Notes under the pieces: generated by a model
Seen by the model: only the letters and a program-made list of their open reading frames with translations
Told to the model about the DNA's origin: nothing
Databases searched by the model: none
Translations under genes and position numbers: made by a program
Assembly (NCBI GenBank): GCA_001244265.2
Contig: CDLV01000009.1
Span: 186,001-250,000, forward strand
DNA from: Microbotryum violaceum
Taxonomy: Eukaryota
DNA length: 64,000 nt
Direction of reading: 5' to 3'
Part shown: positions 50,478-64,000 of the stretch, piece after piece
Layout: every line of letters begins with the position of its first letter
Position numbering within the stretch: position 1 is the first letter of the stretch

Positions 50478-52143
50478 TCACGACATCGCTGCCACTGCAA
50501 GTACGGCAACGACAGAGAGCACGATAAGGTGACTAATTGTGGCGCGATTCGACGCGGCCCCCGTGATGTTGATCTCGCCGGCAAGAGATTGAATCGAGGC
50601 GAGGAAACCTGTGCCACACGTCTCGCCGGTCCCGGTCCAGAGATCGCCTTGGTGACCGAGCATCGGCGAGTTGGACAGGCCGAGAGCATACGGCATTCGA
50701 ATCTCCCAAGACACGTAAGCGGCGAGGATAGACTTGGTGCAACTCGTGCACAAAAGCGCCGACGACATGTTGGCTGACAGGAACAGGAACGGGAGTGAAT
50801 GCGCGGCCCAGGTCGTCGGATTGGGGAGCACACCGGTCAAGTCAAAGGACACGTTGGACCCAGATGCAGAAGCGGGGGCGGTCGTCGAAGCGGGTGCGGA
50901 CGACGTGGCGTTGGTCGCCACAACGGGTGTTGTCGAAGCTACGACTTGACGCCTCCTGAGGAACCGCCGGGCCTGAACGGTGAATTGCACGAAGAGCTCG
51001 CTCGGGCTGACCAGAGCGATCGAGTACGACTTGGAAAACAAAGCCACAGGTGCAGATGTGGCGACCGGTGTCGAGCTCACTATGGACGCCGACTCTGATG
51101 TGGCAGCACTCGTACTGGCGCTGGCGTCGGCTGAAGAGTTGTTTGCATTCGTCGCGATCGTATCAGGTGACGGAGGAACAGTTCCGGCTGCGATATCGGT
51201 GAGGCAGTAGCCTCCATTCACATCCTTGGAACACACCGAGGCGCGGAACGGTTGCAAGATGTACAGAGTGTCGTATTCGCCGAGCACGACGGCCTGGCGA
51301 GCTTGCAGTTCTGCACTGCAATTCCCGTTGAACGCCGTGAGGGCGGCCCGGATGACGGTGTCGGAGCAGGCGTTCGTAGCGCAAAGCTTCTCAAGCGAGG
51401 TCGTGATCGCACTCTGCGTCGTCGCGTAGCTTGCGATGCCATTCTCGGGAGCGAACAGATCAAGGGTCGAGATCAACGGGACGGTGCACTGCGCGATCAT
51501 TTGGTCGCTGTTCAATTGCGCGAGGAACGTCTGGCAGCGTGTGGAAATCGAGCTTGGAATCAAAGGGTTGCTTGCGCCTGAGATCGAAGACGAGGTCGGG
51601 GTCGAAGCAGACGAAAACGGAGTGGTCGCCCCGGCACTCGTCGGCGTGGTACCAGCCGACAAACCAGCTACAGCTGCGAGGGGGCACAATGCGTGAGAGT
51701 CATTAGTTTACTGCCTAAGCTCTCAACGTACATGTTGAAAGGGATCTGCTTTATTGATTCTAGCCGAGGGAAAGACCCTGATGATCCTCACTGCAAGAAG
51801 GCCGTCCTGTCTCCCGTCCCTCCCACACCTCAAACAAGCCCCTTTCAGGAAGCCGACGGACGGCGGTCACGCGCACGCCCCTCCGGTTCGTTGTTTGCTC
51901 GTTGACCGACGGACGATCACGCGCGAGACCCAGAGGGAAGGATAGACAGGCTCAAAGGAACATACCTGATATTTGATTACTTGCAGCTATGTTGGTGGAA
52001 GCCGGTGCAGCAGCATTCGTGCTGCTTGCGACGGCGGCAGGGGCGCTCTGTTGAGCGCTAGCGCTTGTCGCAACCAAGGCGGCCGCCGCTGCGATCCACA
52101 GCCGCGTGGGCATCGCTAGTCGTTTTGAAAAGGTAGTAGACAT
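50478..52143 (-). CDS. Secreted, Cys-containing, Ser/Thr-rich, probably GPI-anchored cell-surface protein
   Basis: Signal-like LWIAAAAALVATSASA; one intron of about 290 nt; spaced Cys; S/T tracts; C-terminal GAA plus hydrophobic LIVLSVVAVLAVAAMS. Start ATG is 52143 or 52113. Confidence 0.75.
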
Positions 52144-53593
52144 CGAAGGGGTGACTTTCAGGTAGATAGGACGGTCCGGTTCGATCCTGTAAGGCAGGCG
52201 GGCTGTCGAAGCTGATGACTGAACGATGGTCTTTGTTTTCGTGGGTGGGTACGGAGCACGGAGCGATCCCGGCGTTGTGGTGCAGGCCGACGAACAAGGG
52301 CCGTTGTCGGAGAGCGGGAGCTGGAGGAGTGGATGGCTGGCGCAGGGACTTAAGGATTGTTGGTGGTCGTTGTCTGGTGGTCGGGATCTGCAAGGTTGAA
52401 TAGGTTGCAGCGCACAAGGCAAGGCTTGGAGAACCAAGAACCCAAGAGCGGCATAAGTTCTTTTTGGGGGAGCGCTCGTGGGTGCAAGACCTCGGTCTCG
52501 CCTCCGATTCCTTTACATTTTGCAATTCATTAACCCTGCCGTGTGCTTCAAGTAGATGCCTACAGCCGGGTTTGTAAGGCTCCCAGGTGCCATTCTTGTA
52601 CCAGAGTGTATGCAATACCTATATCCTAGGGATTCTCGTGTAGATAGTACCTCTTGCAGCAACGACGACTCGACCGATTTTGCTCTGGTTCGCCCGCACT
52701 CCGTCCCCGATGGGGATCGTTCAACCAACATTCGCTTGAGCGTGGACGTGGGTCACGCCCGGTGGTCGGCAACTTGGGGCCGCTACGTATACCGTCGGCC
52801 ACCGTGAAATGAACTGACGTCAGAAGACCCAGGTTGGGAGATTGCCGTCCCGTCCAAGCGATATTTTTATGTGGAAATCAGTGTTTATTAGTACTAAGTA
52901 CTCTGGGTACATGATTGTTGGTAACTACAGTCACAAAACATACCTCATCGCCCCGCGCCAGCAGAGGCGAACCCAGGGCCGCCGCTGAACTAGGCCGAAA
53001 TCGTTATCTGCAGTTCGCCCAATCATGGGCATAAAGAGAGGTGGATAGTTGGCCATACGTCACCCACCTCAGCGATACCCCCAGGTAACCTGTCCACACC
53101 TCGGGCCGACAAAAAAAGGGACAATTTGCTACTACCGCTGCGCGGCGCGATTAAAAGATCGTCCCTTCTTTTGTCTGCCCGAGGTGCCTGCCCAGAGAGA
53201 AGCCCATCAGCCGCCAGTTAACTCCGGCGAGATAGGCCGACCGGTTTTGGCAACAAAGCAGGTAGGAGCTGTTTATGTCTAGTGCGGAAAGACGGCGAGG
53301 ATGAAGGCCGTGATGTAGATGTTGTTCACTAATTTTCTGAAAACGAGACCCTAGGCTACCACTATTCTGATGAAAAGAACATGATTGCCGAGTCTATATC
53401 CATGATCATGGCGCTCTCTATTCCGACATGAAAAGACATGACCGTTAACGGGGCCGGACGTCTAAGGCTAGGGTCGGGGTTTTCAACAAAGGATCTTAAA
53501 CAACAAGGCAGAGGTACTCGCGATCATTCTGTAAGGCTTGCCTCGCGTGTGCACGCTCGATGCCACCGTCTACTGCACCACGCCGCTAGTCGC

Positions 53594-55791
53594 TCATGCG
53601 TCCCACTCGGCCCACGATCTTGGTGCGGTGTAATTAAATAGGTCCTGCAGTAAAAGTGTCACGACGTTGAAAGCCGAAACGGTCTGTTGCGCAGACGGGT
53701 ACTCCTGGTGGTCAGCGCGTTATATCCATTCCGGGGACTCGAATTTGCGGGAAAGTAAACTCGCCTCGGTTTCCATGGTGGAGATGAGCCTCTCAAACCC
53801 GTTCACATAGTAGAAACCAGCGTCTGGTCGGACAGGTGCCAGGTCTTTGCGGGGATTACGGATAGGATCGAGTTGAGGGTAGGCGAGGAACGTCTTTGTC
53901 CACGTCTTGGCCACGTTACCTTCGCCAAAGATATCGTTCAACGTCTCCGGGGCTAGCTTATCCTCGGAAAACATCTTGACGACGTGCCACGTTGAGTCTT
54001 GGCCGAACTGATCGCCTGCCTCCTTGGAGAGCGATTGGAGGTAATTGAGCGAGTTGAAAGTCGGCCCTGGTGCGACGCCTGTGTCTTTGGTCGCGAAGAT
54101 GGCCTTCGGCATCTTGGTCTTTTCAGACAGGCCAAAGTAGCTCGGTTGAGGTGCCGACAAGTTGGTGATGACGAATGAGACGTGGAGTTGTACATAGGGT
54201 TGAGGCGGGATGAGCTTGGCCACGTCGGAATTTCGGATCCGGATGTCGGTCTGGTGGAAAGGCGCAGCGAGGATCACGATCTGAGGAACGGTACCGAGGC
54301 ATCGTGATCAGCGGAGCGGCAATCGATTCACGCCGTGGTGGTAAAAGTCGCCACCCACATCATAGTCGCCACCTCGATTAGCCTCAGAGGTCTGAACACG
54401 CCACTTGGGTCTATCGCCATCGATCTTCTCAATTTCTGTGACGGTGGCCCCCTCGCCCATCCTCAGTTGCGACCCACTCTGCGCGACAAAGTGCTCAAAG
54501 ATTCGCCGGTTGCCATTGACGACCTGAGATGCGCCAGTAGCAGCCAACGAGACGAGCGCCCCGACGGCATGGATCTTGGACACGGGCGTGCCATAGTTGA
54601 CTTGAGTCGCAGCGGCGACCATTTCGTTGACGAACAATGCACCGACTTGGTGGCGGTTGATGAGAAAGCCGGCCGCGGTCGATCCGCTCATAGAGGCCAG
54701 GTTCGTGGCGCGAGCAAAGTCGAAGAGAGAGGAGAAAGCCCCACGCGATACAAAATCGGCTTTGTAGAGACCAAGAAAGTCATCGACCGTCGTCTTGACC
54801 AGGGATCGCATGGTCAGGGGTGCTCGGCCGTACCTGCGCGGTCGGAAACGGGATATAGAGGTCAGTCTTCCGTTCCGTTCGGTCGCTCGACGGTTTTTCG
54901 AGCTTCTTGTCTACGTAGTACGAGTTGCTGACCTCATGAGCATCTTTGCGTTATCCCACCAGCCCCACCCTTTGCTCTCGGTGAATACGAACTTTAAACC
55001 ATCCCAGATCGCCATCCCGCCCGGCTCGCTGCCGTGGTCCTTGAGCGTCAGGTTGAAAACGCGGGCGGCTTTGTGAAGGTTCTCGTTGGCTTCAGCAAAG
55101 ATGGAAGCGCCGCACTCGACCGGAGGATCGACAAGCTCTTCGTTTTCGTCACGGCCGAGTTCGTTGGGAATCTGGTAAGGGTCGTCGAGCCACGGCCTCA
55201 CCGGGAAGGACCGTCCACCGATGAAGCCGGATCGCTCGTAGATGGTCACCGCGGTCTCGAGCCCATTTTGTGCCGCGGCAAAGTGAGATAGGAAGAATGC
55301 GGAACTCGAACCTGCACGCGATCATGAAGCGGAAGAAATCAGCCAGGCTTCGCATTGCTGGCGACAGACTCGAAGCGAAACTTCGGCTACTGGGTGTCAA
55401 GTGCTCAACCTCTCTTTGACTGACCTCCAGCGCCGGCGCCAAGGATTGCAATCTTGGGTACTCTCGGCTCGCTCCATAGGCTCGATACCGATTCATGATT
55501 ATCTTGTGGCCACTTCGCTACCTGACCGGTATTTTCCCGGTCGTACGAGGACAAGGACTCGAGATCGACGAAGCCAGAGTCGTAACGGGTATCGGTGCGT
55601 CGAGAGATGGGCCCGAATTTCGACACGAGTACGTAGAGGATGATTGCGACACCCAAGCACCCGGGAAGTGTTCGAGTGCGTTCCCACAGGAATCTCTTGC
55701 TCGTGTAGAGTGGAGCGGTCTTGGAGGGGCCCGCGATGGGCTGTTCACGTGGCGCGCCACGGTGGGGGGCGATTCCTTTCTCGGCCAACAT
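53594..55791 (-). CDS. Prenylcysteine oxidase/lyase (PCYOX1-like), multi-exon
   Basis: TM anchor, FAD motif KIAILGAGAGG, TIYER..IGGR, VECGASIF..AN.NL, TQVNYG, VILAAPF, YVQLHVS, AYP.L, YYVNGFE..ISTMETE. Confidence 0.9.
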
Positions 55792-56257
55792 GACGTGACG
55801 GCCTCCCAAGGCTTTTCAGGGGCGGCAGATGCAGACGAAGGTGATGCTGTTCGGGCTTTGCGATGAACGATATGTTGAGCGCAGGTAGAGACGAATTCAC
55901 CACTGGCGCAGCCAGACGTGCGCTGCACAAAGCTGAGAACGAGCCCGCAAACGCACAAAGGACGATCGCCGATCAGCGCGAGCGGTTACTACTAGTACTA
56001 ATTGGCAGGCGACATGGGAAGAAGCTTCGCATGGCCCCCTTAGGCCCACACCCCCTTCACAAGATTCCAACAAGATAGGCTAGGTGTTTCGGGATGGTGG
56101 TCGTCAGGTGCTGAACCCCCCTGTAAACTCGTCGAGGCAAGCAATCGCTTCAGGATTATGCTCGGCCGCGCCAGTGACCGAGGCCGTGGGCGACACGTGA
56201 GAGAATTATTCGGTTGCGCCGGCTTTTCATCCATCCTCCCTTCCATTCGTCCGTGTC

Positions 56258-56976
56258 GTGGCAGGTCATGAATCGACTCATCAAAGCGGAAAGTTGGCAA
56301 ACCTTAGACGGATTACCGGCGAAGTGCGCTGGCCGGACGTACCTCTGGAGGGCGCGAGGGAACTCAATGACTTCACGGAGAAGAACATCGAGAAGTACCG
56401 GAAGCTGTCCAAAGGAGGTGAGAGCTCGGAGGTTTCGGTGATTTGCTGGTTGCAGGTACGTCATCAGCATGAAGCATCGAAGATTGTTTAGATTTGCTGA
56501 CAAGTTTCCAAGCAGAGGATGCATAACCTTTTGTGGGATGATCGGAGGCCGCTGCTTCCTGTAGTGGCCAACCACACCGGCGCCTCGGGCGAGGTCGCAA
56601 GCTGGTTGGCGCCATCGAACAGAGTCTATTCGCAGACGGCACGGTCCAAGGGTGGCGGTGTCTCGACCCCATATTCGAAGTCTACTTCGAATGGATGACC
56701 AATAGTATAACGCGGTACATTGAGGAACAAGGTCTGTCTTTCATCGCGTGGGCCGTCATCCATGGTCATCTGCCGTGTCGCGTCACCCTCGAAAGACCCC
56801 TCGGCTCGACCGCGACAGAGGAATGGGAAGATATCTCGAATCGCCTCAAACGATGGAACCCCAGCGAGCAGATGTACCCAAAATCGGAGGCGCTCAAGGC
56901 TTGGTTCGATGGTCTAGAACGGTACCCCTTGCACACCAAATGGAAGGGGCGCTTCGCCGCAGACAGCGGTCGGTGA
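56258..56976 (+). other. Possible hypothetical gene or pseudogene fragments
   Basis: Protein-like ORFs 56258-56491 (splice donor CAG|GTACGT near 56456) and 56695-56976. I could not build a consistent start. Confidence 0.3.
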
Positions 56977-59203
56977 TGGCTAGGGGTCACCGACGCCGCG
57001 GGGAAAGAAACCAGGGCAGGAGATGAGATGCGTGCTCAGCATCGATCTCAATGCGGTGATTGAGCTGTGGAAGTATGGCAATGTCTTGTGGTTCAAAAGT
57101 AGCGCCAGCTACTGGGGAAGGGGGTGATAGACAGGGGTCTAGCCTAAACCCGTAGGACTGGTGAGGCTTCCCGAGCGGCGCCTCCTGTCGAGCCAGAGCC
57201 ACGCTACTCCGTGCGGTGCCTAGATGTAGGATCATTGATGGTGCAATGTATCTGAGCATCTAGGTAGGTGTCATTTACCTACCTGATCCGTGGGACTTCG
57301 TCCCAGACTATTATAAGTGTCGGGGCCGTGTGGTGGCTTGTGCTACATCGACTCAGAAACAGAGCCCGAGGCCCGGGGGTTACCAAGATACTAGCGCAGG
57401 GCTTGGTGCCCACGCGGTTGTCGCCGCCGCGCCTGCAAGAACCACGTGATGCGGCCGAGGCGCACTGTTTGGTGCGGAAACCAGGTCGTACGGTCGCAGG
57501 TCTGCCCACCTCAGCGGCAGGATCTCACGTTCTTGTGCCCACCGACAAGCCAAGACGATCAACCCGGTAACAGCGAGTCACAGCGCTCCACCCTCCTACC
57601 TCTGCACAACCCAATCAGTGATCACCCAATCTTTCGAACCCTGACGAGCTGCTGCGGCCCGGTCTTTATCTCCGTCCGCGATCGGACACGAGCTGAACTC
57701 GAAATCCAGGCCGACCGGCGCACATCTTGGGTGTTTGGGTCAAAAAAAAAACGAAAACATCGCAAGGTAATTTCGTCAAGAATGAACGTAGCATTTCAAG
57801 CCCACGAGCCTCGAGTGAGGTCACAGCCGGAGTTGCGGTCATGCGGGATTCGGCGCCCGAGACAAGTCTGGCGCGTCGAGCGCTCAGGACGCCTCGAGCG
57901 GTGGGGCGACGAATTGGCAAGCACTCGGCCGAAGGGGGGAGCAACAGGAAATTTCAGTGCCAGGTCGCAGGCTGTATGACGTAATGTCTACATGGTTATC
58001 TCGGGTGTGAACGCTTGTGGCATCGGAGGTCGGCGACCTGGTTTGGAATGATGCTAAAGAAGGCGCTAGTAATGGATGAGCGCTACGAGCACCGACTGGG
58101 CTGCGCCGTTGCTAATAGAACTCGAGGCGCGAAGGGTTGCGACAGGGTCGACAGGGCCTGACAGGGCGCAACCGCTGCGGCCTCTGGAGCTCTTGCTCCG
58201 TTCTAAGCTCTTCCCTTCTGCGCCGCTTCGCCATTTGGCTGACCCTACTACCGACTTGCCCACCATGTTATGAAGCCCAGTAGCCCGCTACGATCCCACA
58301 CCAAAGCCAACTGCTCGGGCTTCCTTCGACTCTTCATCGCCCCGCCTCGCCTCGCCTCGACGCAGCTGCGTTCGTTGTCCTTACTAGTACGACCTCCTCG
58401 CTCCCCCCACCCCGGATTCGCTGTCTGACTCGGCTGTCGTCTGTCGCCCGGCGCACTCGGACTTGGGCTGACGACGCTTGACGTGCTCGACCCCAGCCCC
58501 CACAACGCGTGTTACCTGTACACATCCTCACTCTGCACGATCCCGCCTTCATCATTTACACTTCGACTTGGGTCAGTTCGGCCACGCGACACTCGTCAGT
58601 AGTGGTACACGCGCTCGACGATCATTAGAGTGCGCCTGCTAGCGCCGGAGGTAGAGAGCCCCTCGGTGACTCGGCTCTGCAACCGGCGCCAACTGGAGCC
58701 TGGGGCCTGACGAGGTACGTCACGGCTCAGACGCGCGGATACAGGTATCAACTGTAGTGAGCACACGAGTTCCGGTCCGGGTAACCTGTTCGCCGTGTTG
58801 CTTGTCCACACGAATCGAGCGGCGGAGACAACGTGGCGGCTTCGTCCATGTTCTCCACACGCCCTCGTGACGACGATCACCACTTCCGCCCCCAGACAGC
58901 TCCTCTTTCACCGATCTTGAGCCGCGCTTGGAAAATCCTTGATATCTCCTATCCTCTCTTTTCACTAGAGGACAGGGTACTCCTCGCCGACGCTCAGCGA
59001 AGATCTCGTGGATGATCACGACGAGGGCTCTATACCACCGACGCTTCAGTTTGACGTCGGGTGCCAACTTCTCCGCCTCTCGTGTCCCGTCATGGCCTCG
59101 GCTGCCACGCTTGCTGCACCATCACAAAATTGCTCATTTTACTGTGTCATCACGAGTCGCTGATTGTCTCCTCTACTTTCATTCGTACCCCAGAAGCAAA
59201 GCG

Positions 59204-62200
59204 ATGGCTTTATCGCCAACCTCGGTTTCGGCATTCAAATCACCAGTCGTGCCCCCACCCAATCGAGCCGACTTCCCGCCGCGATCCCCACCCCGCTCGC
59301 CACGTCGGAGCTCGACTCCTCTCGTCGTAGCAGACTCGTCCATCGATCCACATGCGCGCAACGGATCCCCTTTGTCGGCGATGAGCAGCAATGGCAGGCC
59401 CAGCGGAGTTCAATCGCGGCGTGCGGCGGCCGTGTCGCTGGGCCTCGGCGTGTCGTTCGCGCCGCTCGTCTGCGACCCCACCAACTCCTTCTCGAGAGCC
59501 ACATCGCCCAACTCGGTCCATTCTCCGTCGCCACAGCGAGCCGCTTCCCCTCGATCCGACTCGGTACAGTCCTCCTCCTCGACCCGTGATCATTCTCGCC
59601 ATGGCTCATTTTCGGCCACGTCAGGGGCTGCGATGCCCGTCGGGGGCGTGTCAACCCCATCTTCGTCGCGCCTACCATCACGCAGACCGTCATTGACACA
59701 CCTCGCCAGTTTTCTGAGCGGCATCGAACACCACGCCCGAGTGCGAGATCCTGGGCCCAGCGGAGGAAGGGGTGTCAGTCGCTCGGCCTCGCGGTCACAG
59801 AGTCGAGCGGGCCAGAGGCGCCCGGCGACCGCATACGATGGCGACTTTGACGAGGAGGAACTGGATGATATCGATGACGACGCTTCGTCGAGTGTGTCGG
59901 GCCTGGCGTCCGCAATCAGCTCGGCGGCTCGTCGGAGGGCCGGGTCGAGGGCGAGCTCGGTAGCCGCAGCGAGTCGGAGGAGTTCCATCAATCTCTCGAG
60001 CGAGAGGAGGAGTCCACATCCGTTTCTCCACCCTCTCGTTCGGGATAACACAACAGGAGGGCCTTCTCCCTTGGTCAAGAGCCCACCGAGCTCGAATGAC
60101 GGCAGTTCCGGGTGGGGCAGAAGGCGCGACCTGGCGGACGACGACGACGACGATGGCTCGGGCTGGGGCGACAAAACGGCCACTCCTGTACCTCGTGATC
60201 TCGCCACCAATCGGACCTTTGTCCCGCCCATGACCCCTCGCGTACTTTCGACCGAGATGGACGAGGAGCCTTTTCTCGACACGGCCCCCAATTCACCACA
60301 TTCGACCGCCAAGCGCGTCCGCTCGTTTTCTGCGCTTGGGGAAGCCGCCGACCCATCGGTCGTCTCGGACGCCGACCTGAGCAGCGTCGATGTCTTCGAA
60401 GAAGGGGAACGAGTTGGAGTTGACATTTGGCTCGAAGGTCGCGGCGGCTGGGTCCGGGACTGCTTCGGCTCCAACTCGGAAGGCGGACCAGGAAATGGGA
60501 TAGGAGGACCGAAGGAGCTCGAGATAGAGCGACGGCTGGGGGAGGGAACGTACGCCATGTAGGTTGAAGCTCGGGACTCGATCTACTCATTTCAACGTCG
60601 TGTCGAGCTCACCTGGTTTGCTTTCATTCTTCTCGCAGTGTCTATCTCGTTCGGGAAATTCTGTACGACCCCGTGACCGACGACGGCGACGACATCCTCT
60701 CGCCCATCGATCCCATGACGTCGTTCCAATTCGACTCGATTGGCTCGACAGTGCAGAGTGACAGCACGCGCCCACGGATACAATCGTGGGCCTCGGATCC
60801 GTTCGCCGCGCCATCTCAGCCGACTTATGGCAAGCATTTTGCGCTCAAGTGTCTGTGCAAAAAAGATCTGACGGACGACTTGATCGAGGTTCAGCGAGGC
60901 GAAGCGATCTTGCATCGCGCTCTACCTGAACACGAGTACATCGTACGACTTTACGGGGTGAGTGCCTGTTGATCCTTTTTCCCATCGATGCAGACCTTCT
61001 CGTATACTGACCTCGCACATCGTCCTCCGTATACAGGCCTACGAGACCGACGACTGGCTGTTCCTCGTGCTCGAGTACTGCCCCGGTCGGGACCTGTTCT
61101 ATTGGTTGCTCGAGTCGCAGAACGACGATGAGATACCCGAGTCGCTGAGGGCATCACCACGGCGACGCGACGGCTTGCTCGACGAAGACGACCTGGAAGG
61201 TGCGCTGTCGCGAACGATCACGGCCAGCAACGCGCTCGACATCATCGATGCCACTCCACCCTCGCCCTCTCTCTTGTCTTCGACGACCAACTCCCACACG
61301 ACCTCTCGCAAGCGGTTGAGGCTCGTTTCGCGTATGTTCGCGCAGATGTGCCAGGCGGTCCAAGCCTGCCACGATGTCGGGATCGCCCATCGGGACATCA
61401 AGCCCGAGAACTTTATCGTCATGGACGGTCGCAATGGCGGTGAAGGTTTGACCGGCTCCCGCGTTGTTGTCAAGATAACCGATTGGGGCTTGGGCACGCG
61501 GGAAGCAGAATGTGAAGACTTCGATTGCGGCTCCAAACCCTACATGGCCTATGGTAAGTACTCGGCTAGTCTACCGGTGTGTCTGGAGCAGGGGTGTTGA
61601 CCTTGTCCGAATCGTTACAGAATGCCGCAACAACCTGGCCCCGACGTACGACCCGCGTCAGGCCGACGTGTGGTCTCTCGGCCTCGTGCTCCTCAATCTG
61701 CTCTATCATCGGAATCCATGGGCCGACCCCTCACTCGACGACCCCGATTTTGCCGAATACGTGCAGGATGGTCGCTTCTTCCTGCAAAACCGATTCGAGG
61801 GCATGAGCGACGAGGTGGCGACATTCTTGACTGATCGTGTCTTCTGCGACGTCTTGGAAAAGGAGCCAAACGGGGAGCAGCGTCGCCGCGTTTCGGCGGG
61901 CGAATTCGGACGGTGGGCCAGTCGACTCGTCATCATGCTCAGTGCCGACCATAGACCGGCGGGTGGCAACCCCTTTACGGCGGAGATGGTAGCGTCGGCG
62001 AGACCTTCGGCGCCTTCCGACAACTTTTTCGAGCGCCTCGTGGCCACGACGCCCAAATCACCGTTGGCGGGAGGTCCGCTTAGCGGCGGCGGCGCAAGTC
62101 TGCTCTCGCAATTTGCGCCGCGGCCGAGCAACCTCTCTTCGGGTGGACCGCCTCCTGCCGTAGCTGCCCTCACCCCTCGCCTCATGGACCAACTGCCGAT

Positions 62201-64000
62201 TGATTTGCGAGAGGAGCTACCCAAGGTGATCGAAGAACCGGAGAAGGAGGCATTCAAAGACGAGAGAAAGCCGGTGCCTCAAGTTTGGAAGCCGTCCGCA
62301 CTGAGTCCCAGTGGCTTTTCGGACGACGAGTCGCTGCCCTCGCCTTCGTTCTCGCCCTTGATCGCACCGGCTAGACTCCCGCACTCCCCTTCGACGCCGC
62401 TCGTGCCCCTGTCACCTCCGTTTGCCACGACCTCCCTTCCCACTTCGTCTCAAACTGAGAAAGAGGAGACGCCGCCGCCGCAGTCGACGACCGTGCACAA
62501 GATTGAACTTCCTCCGCTCAGTCGCCGGAAGAGCTCGACGCACGAGAATAGCTCGAACGATCTGACTCTGGTGTCCGAGGACAAGGACAAAAGCGACAGT
62601 GAAAGAGGCAGCCCCCCGATCGGATTGACCGAGAAGCCAAAACGGCGCAAACGCGGCGCGAGGAAGAGCAAATCCACCCGCCTGGCCGGCGACATATCAC
62701 CGTCGATGGAATCGATCCACACGCCAGGGTCCCCGACGGGGCGGCTTGCCGCACACGAGCACCAGGATCGGGTTTTACAGGACCTCGCTTCGGCATCGCA
62801 GAACCTGGCCCGCGAGCTCAGCAAAACGCCACGCTCCCATTCGACCCACGACCATCGATCGTTGCGGCATAGGTCGAGTTACCAGACTTCGTCGTCGGCC
62901 GCTTCCGTCCGATCCTCCTCCGCGGCGATCGACATTGTTGATCAGGTCGCAAAAAAGCCAGTCAAGACCGGCGGTGTGTTTGGCCGCTTCAAGACGCTCG
63001 TCACAGAGGGCAACCCCGACCTTCTGGCCTTCAAGCAGCGAGCCGCAGAGCGCGACGCGTCGATCGGAGCTAAAGCCGACACGTACAGTGCCCCGGCCAA
63101 GATGCAAGGTGCGCCACGTCGACACGAGACACCCCTGTCGAGTCGCAGGTCGGTCGGGACGCAATCTTGGAGCTCGACTCGATCGATCGAGGGGGACGAC
63201 GCGGTACGCGGCCGCGTCGGTGCCGCGGGCGAAACAGCCGGGCCTGTGCACTGGTCATCGACTTCGAGTCGTCGGGAGCGTCTGGACAGGCAGCGCCGTC
63301 GGACCGGCGAAGGCGATCTTTCCCCGTCGAGTTCGTCACGCAATGGCACCGCGACGTCGCTGTCTTCCGCGGCCTTCGACTCGCGCAATAACACCCCGCT
63401 GTCCAGTTTCTCCAGCGTCAACAGTGACACGTTCTCGTCGATGCATGCGCACCAAGCAATGCAACCCGTGGCGACTGTGCGAGACTGGCGCATCGCCAGC
63501 CCGCGCTCGACGTCCCGAGAACGACTGGCATGCACCACACGATCCCGAGCACCCACGCTCGAATCGGTGCGCAAGAGCATCAAAGACAGCTCCCATTCGC
63601 CCCCAAGGTTGATCTCCGACCCCAAACCAAAGCTGGTCGATGCTGCGACCGACACTTCAGACCTCGTGTCGCCGGTGTTGCCCGCTTCACCCACGCTCTC
63701 TTCGACCTCGACCAGGACCCTCGCTCCACCACCGCCCCCACTCGCTGCACTCCCAATCCCGATCAGCAAAGGCAAGCCCAAGTTGTCCGATCCGATCACT
63801 CGACCTTGGTCTGCAAACGCGATCACCGGGCGAAGCAACTCGGCCTCGACTCCGAGCTTTGTAAACGATCTCACCTCAGCTCTCCCTGTGGCTGTCGTAG
63901 CTCCTCCCGCGCCGCCGCCCGTCAAAGCGCCTAACAAGCTCGCCAAGATGCTCAATTCGATTTCGGTGTTCAACTCAAGGCCCGCATCCGCAGGGGCCTG
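59204..64000 (+). CDS. Ran1/Pat1 (Sks1/Vhs1/Ksp1)-like Ser/Thr protein kinase; 3' end beyond the window
   Basis: LGEGTYA, FALKCLCK, LVLEYC, HRDIKPEN, KITDWGL, CGSKPYMAYEC, ADVWSLG..LLN....RNPW; long S/R-rich extensions. Confidence 0.9.

Noticed and set aside
51676-51966. Intronic snoRNA in the long intron of the GPI-protein gene
   Set aside because: Only a weak C-box-like word and a small hairpin; no convincing paired C/D or H/ACA boxes.
59012-59203. N-terminal extension of the kinase ORF from the ATG at 59012
   Set aside because: The sequence reads like 5' UTR; the ATG at 59204 (MALSPTS) is the more plausible start, though unproven.

Overview
Eukaryotic, intron-rich (GT-AG introns with CTRAC branch sites), GC-rich fungal DNA, most consistent with a basidiomycete yeast (Pucciniomycotina-like; taxonomy is my inference). 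From left to right: two L1/Tx1-type LINE segments stacked about 100 bp upstream of an intron-containing tRNA-Leu(UAA) gene; a DinB-like gene; an RFC small subunit; and three co-oriented type II membrane glycosyltransferase-like genes (two fucosyltransferase-like). The third of these is split by a decayed Ty1/copia element (5-bp TSD) whose 5' LTR is itself split by a non-autonomous Helitron. Then follow a CRAL-TRIO protein, a RhoGEF, two convergent carboxylesterase paralogues, a second inverted copy of the same Helitron, a PDR ABC transporter, an Ady2/Gpr1 transporter, a GPI-anchored Cys-rich protein, prenylcysteine oxidase and a Ran1/Pat1-like kinase that runs off the window. The best novelty candidates are (i) possible tRNA-gene-targeting LINEs, (ii) the glycosyl/fucosyltransferase cluster and (iii) a Helitron with 3'-type terminators at both ends. 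All calls come from reading motifs by eye; no searches were run.
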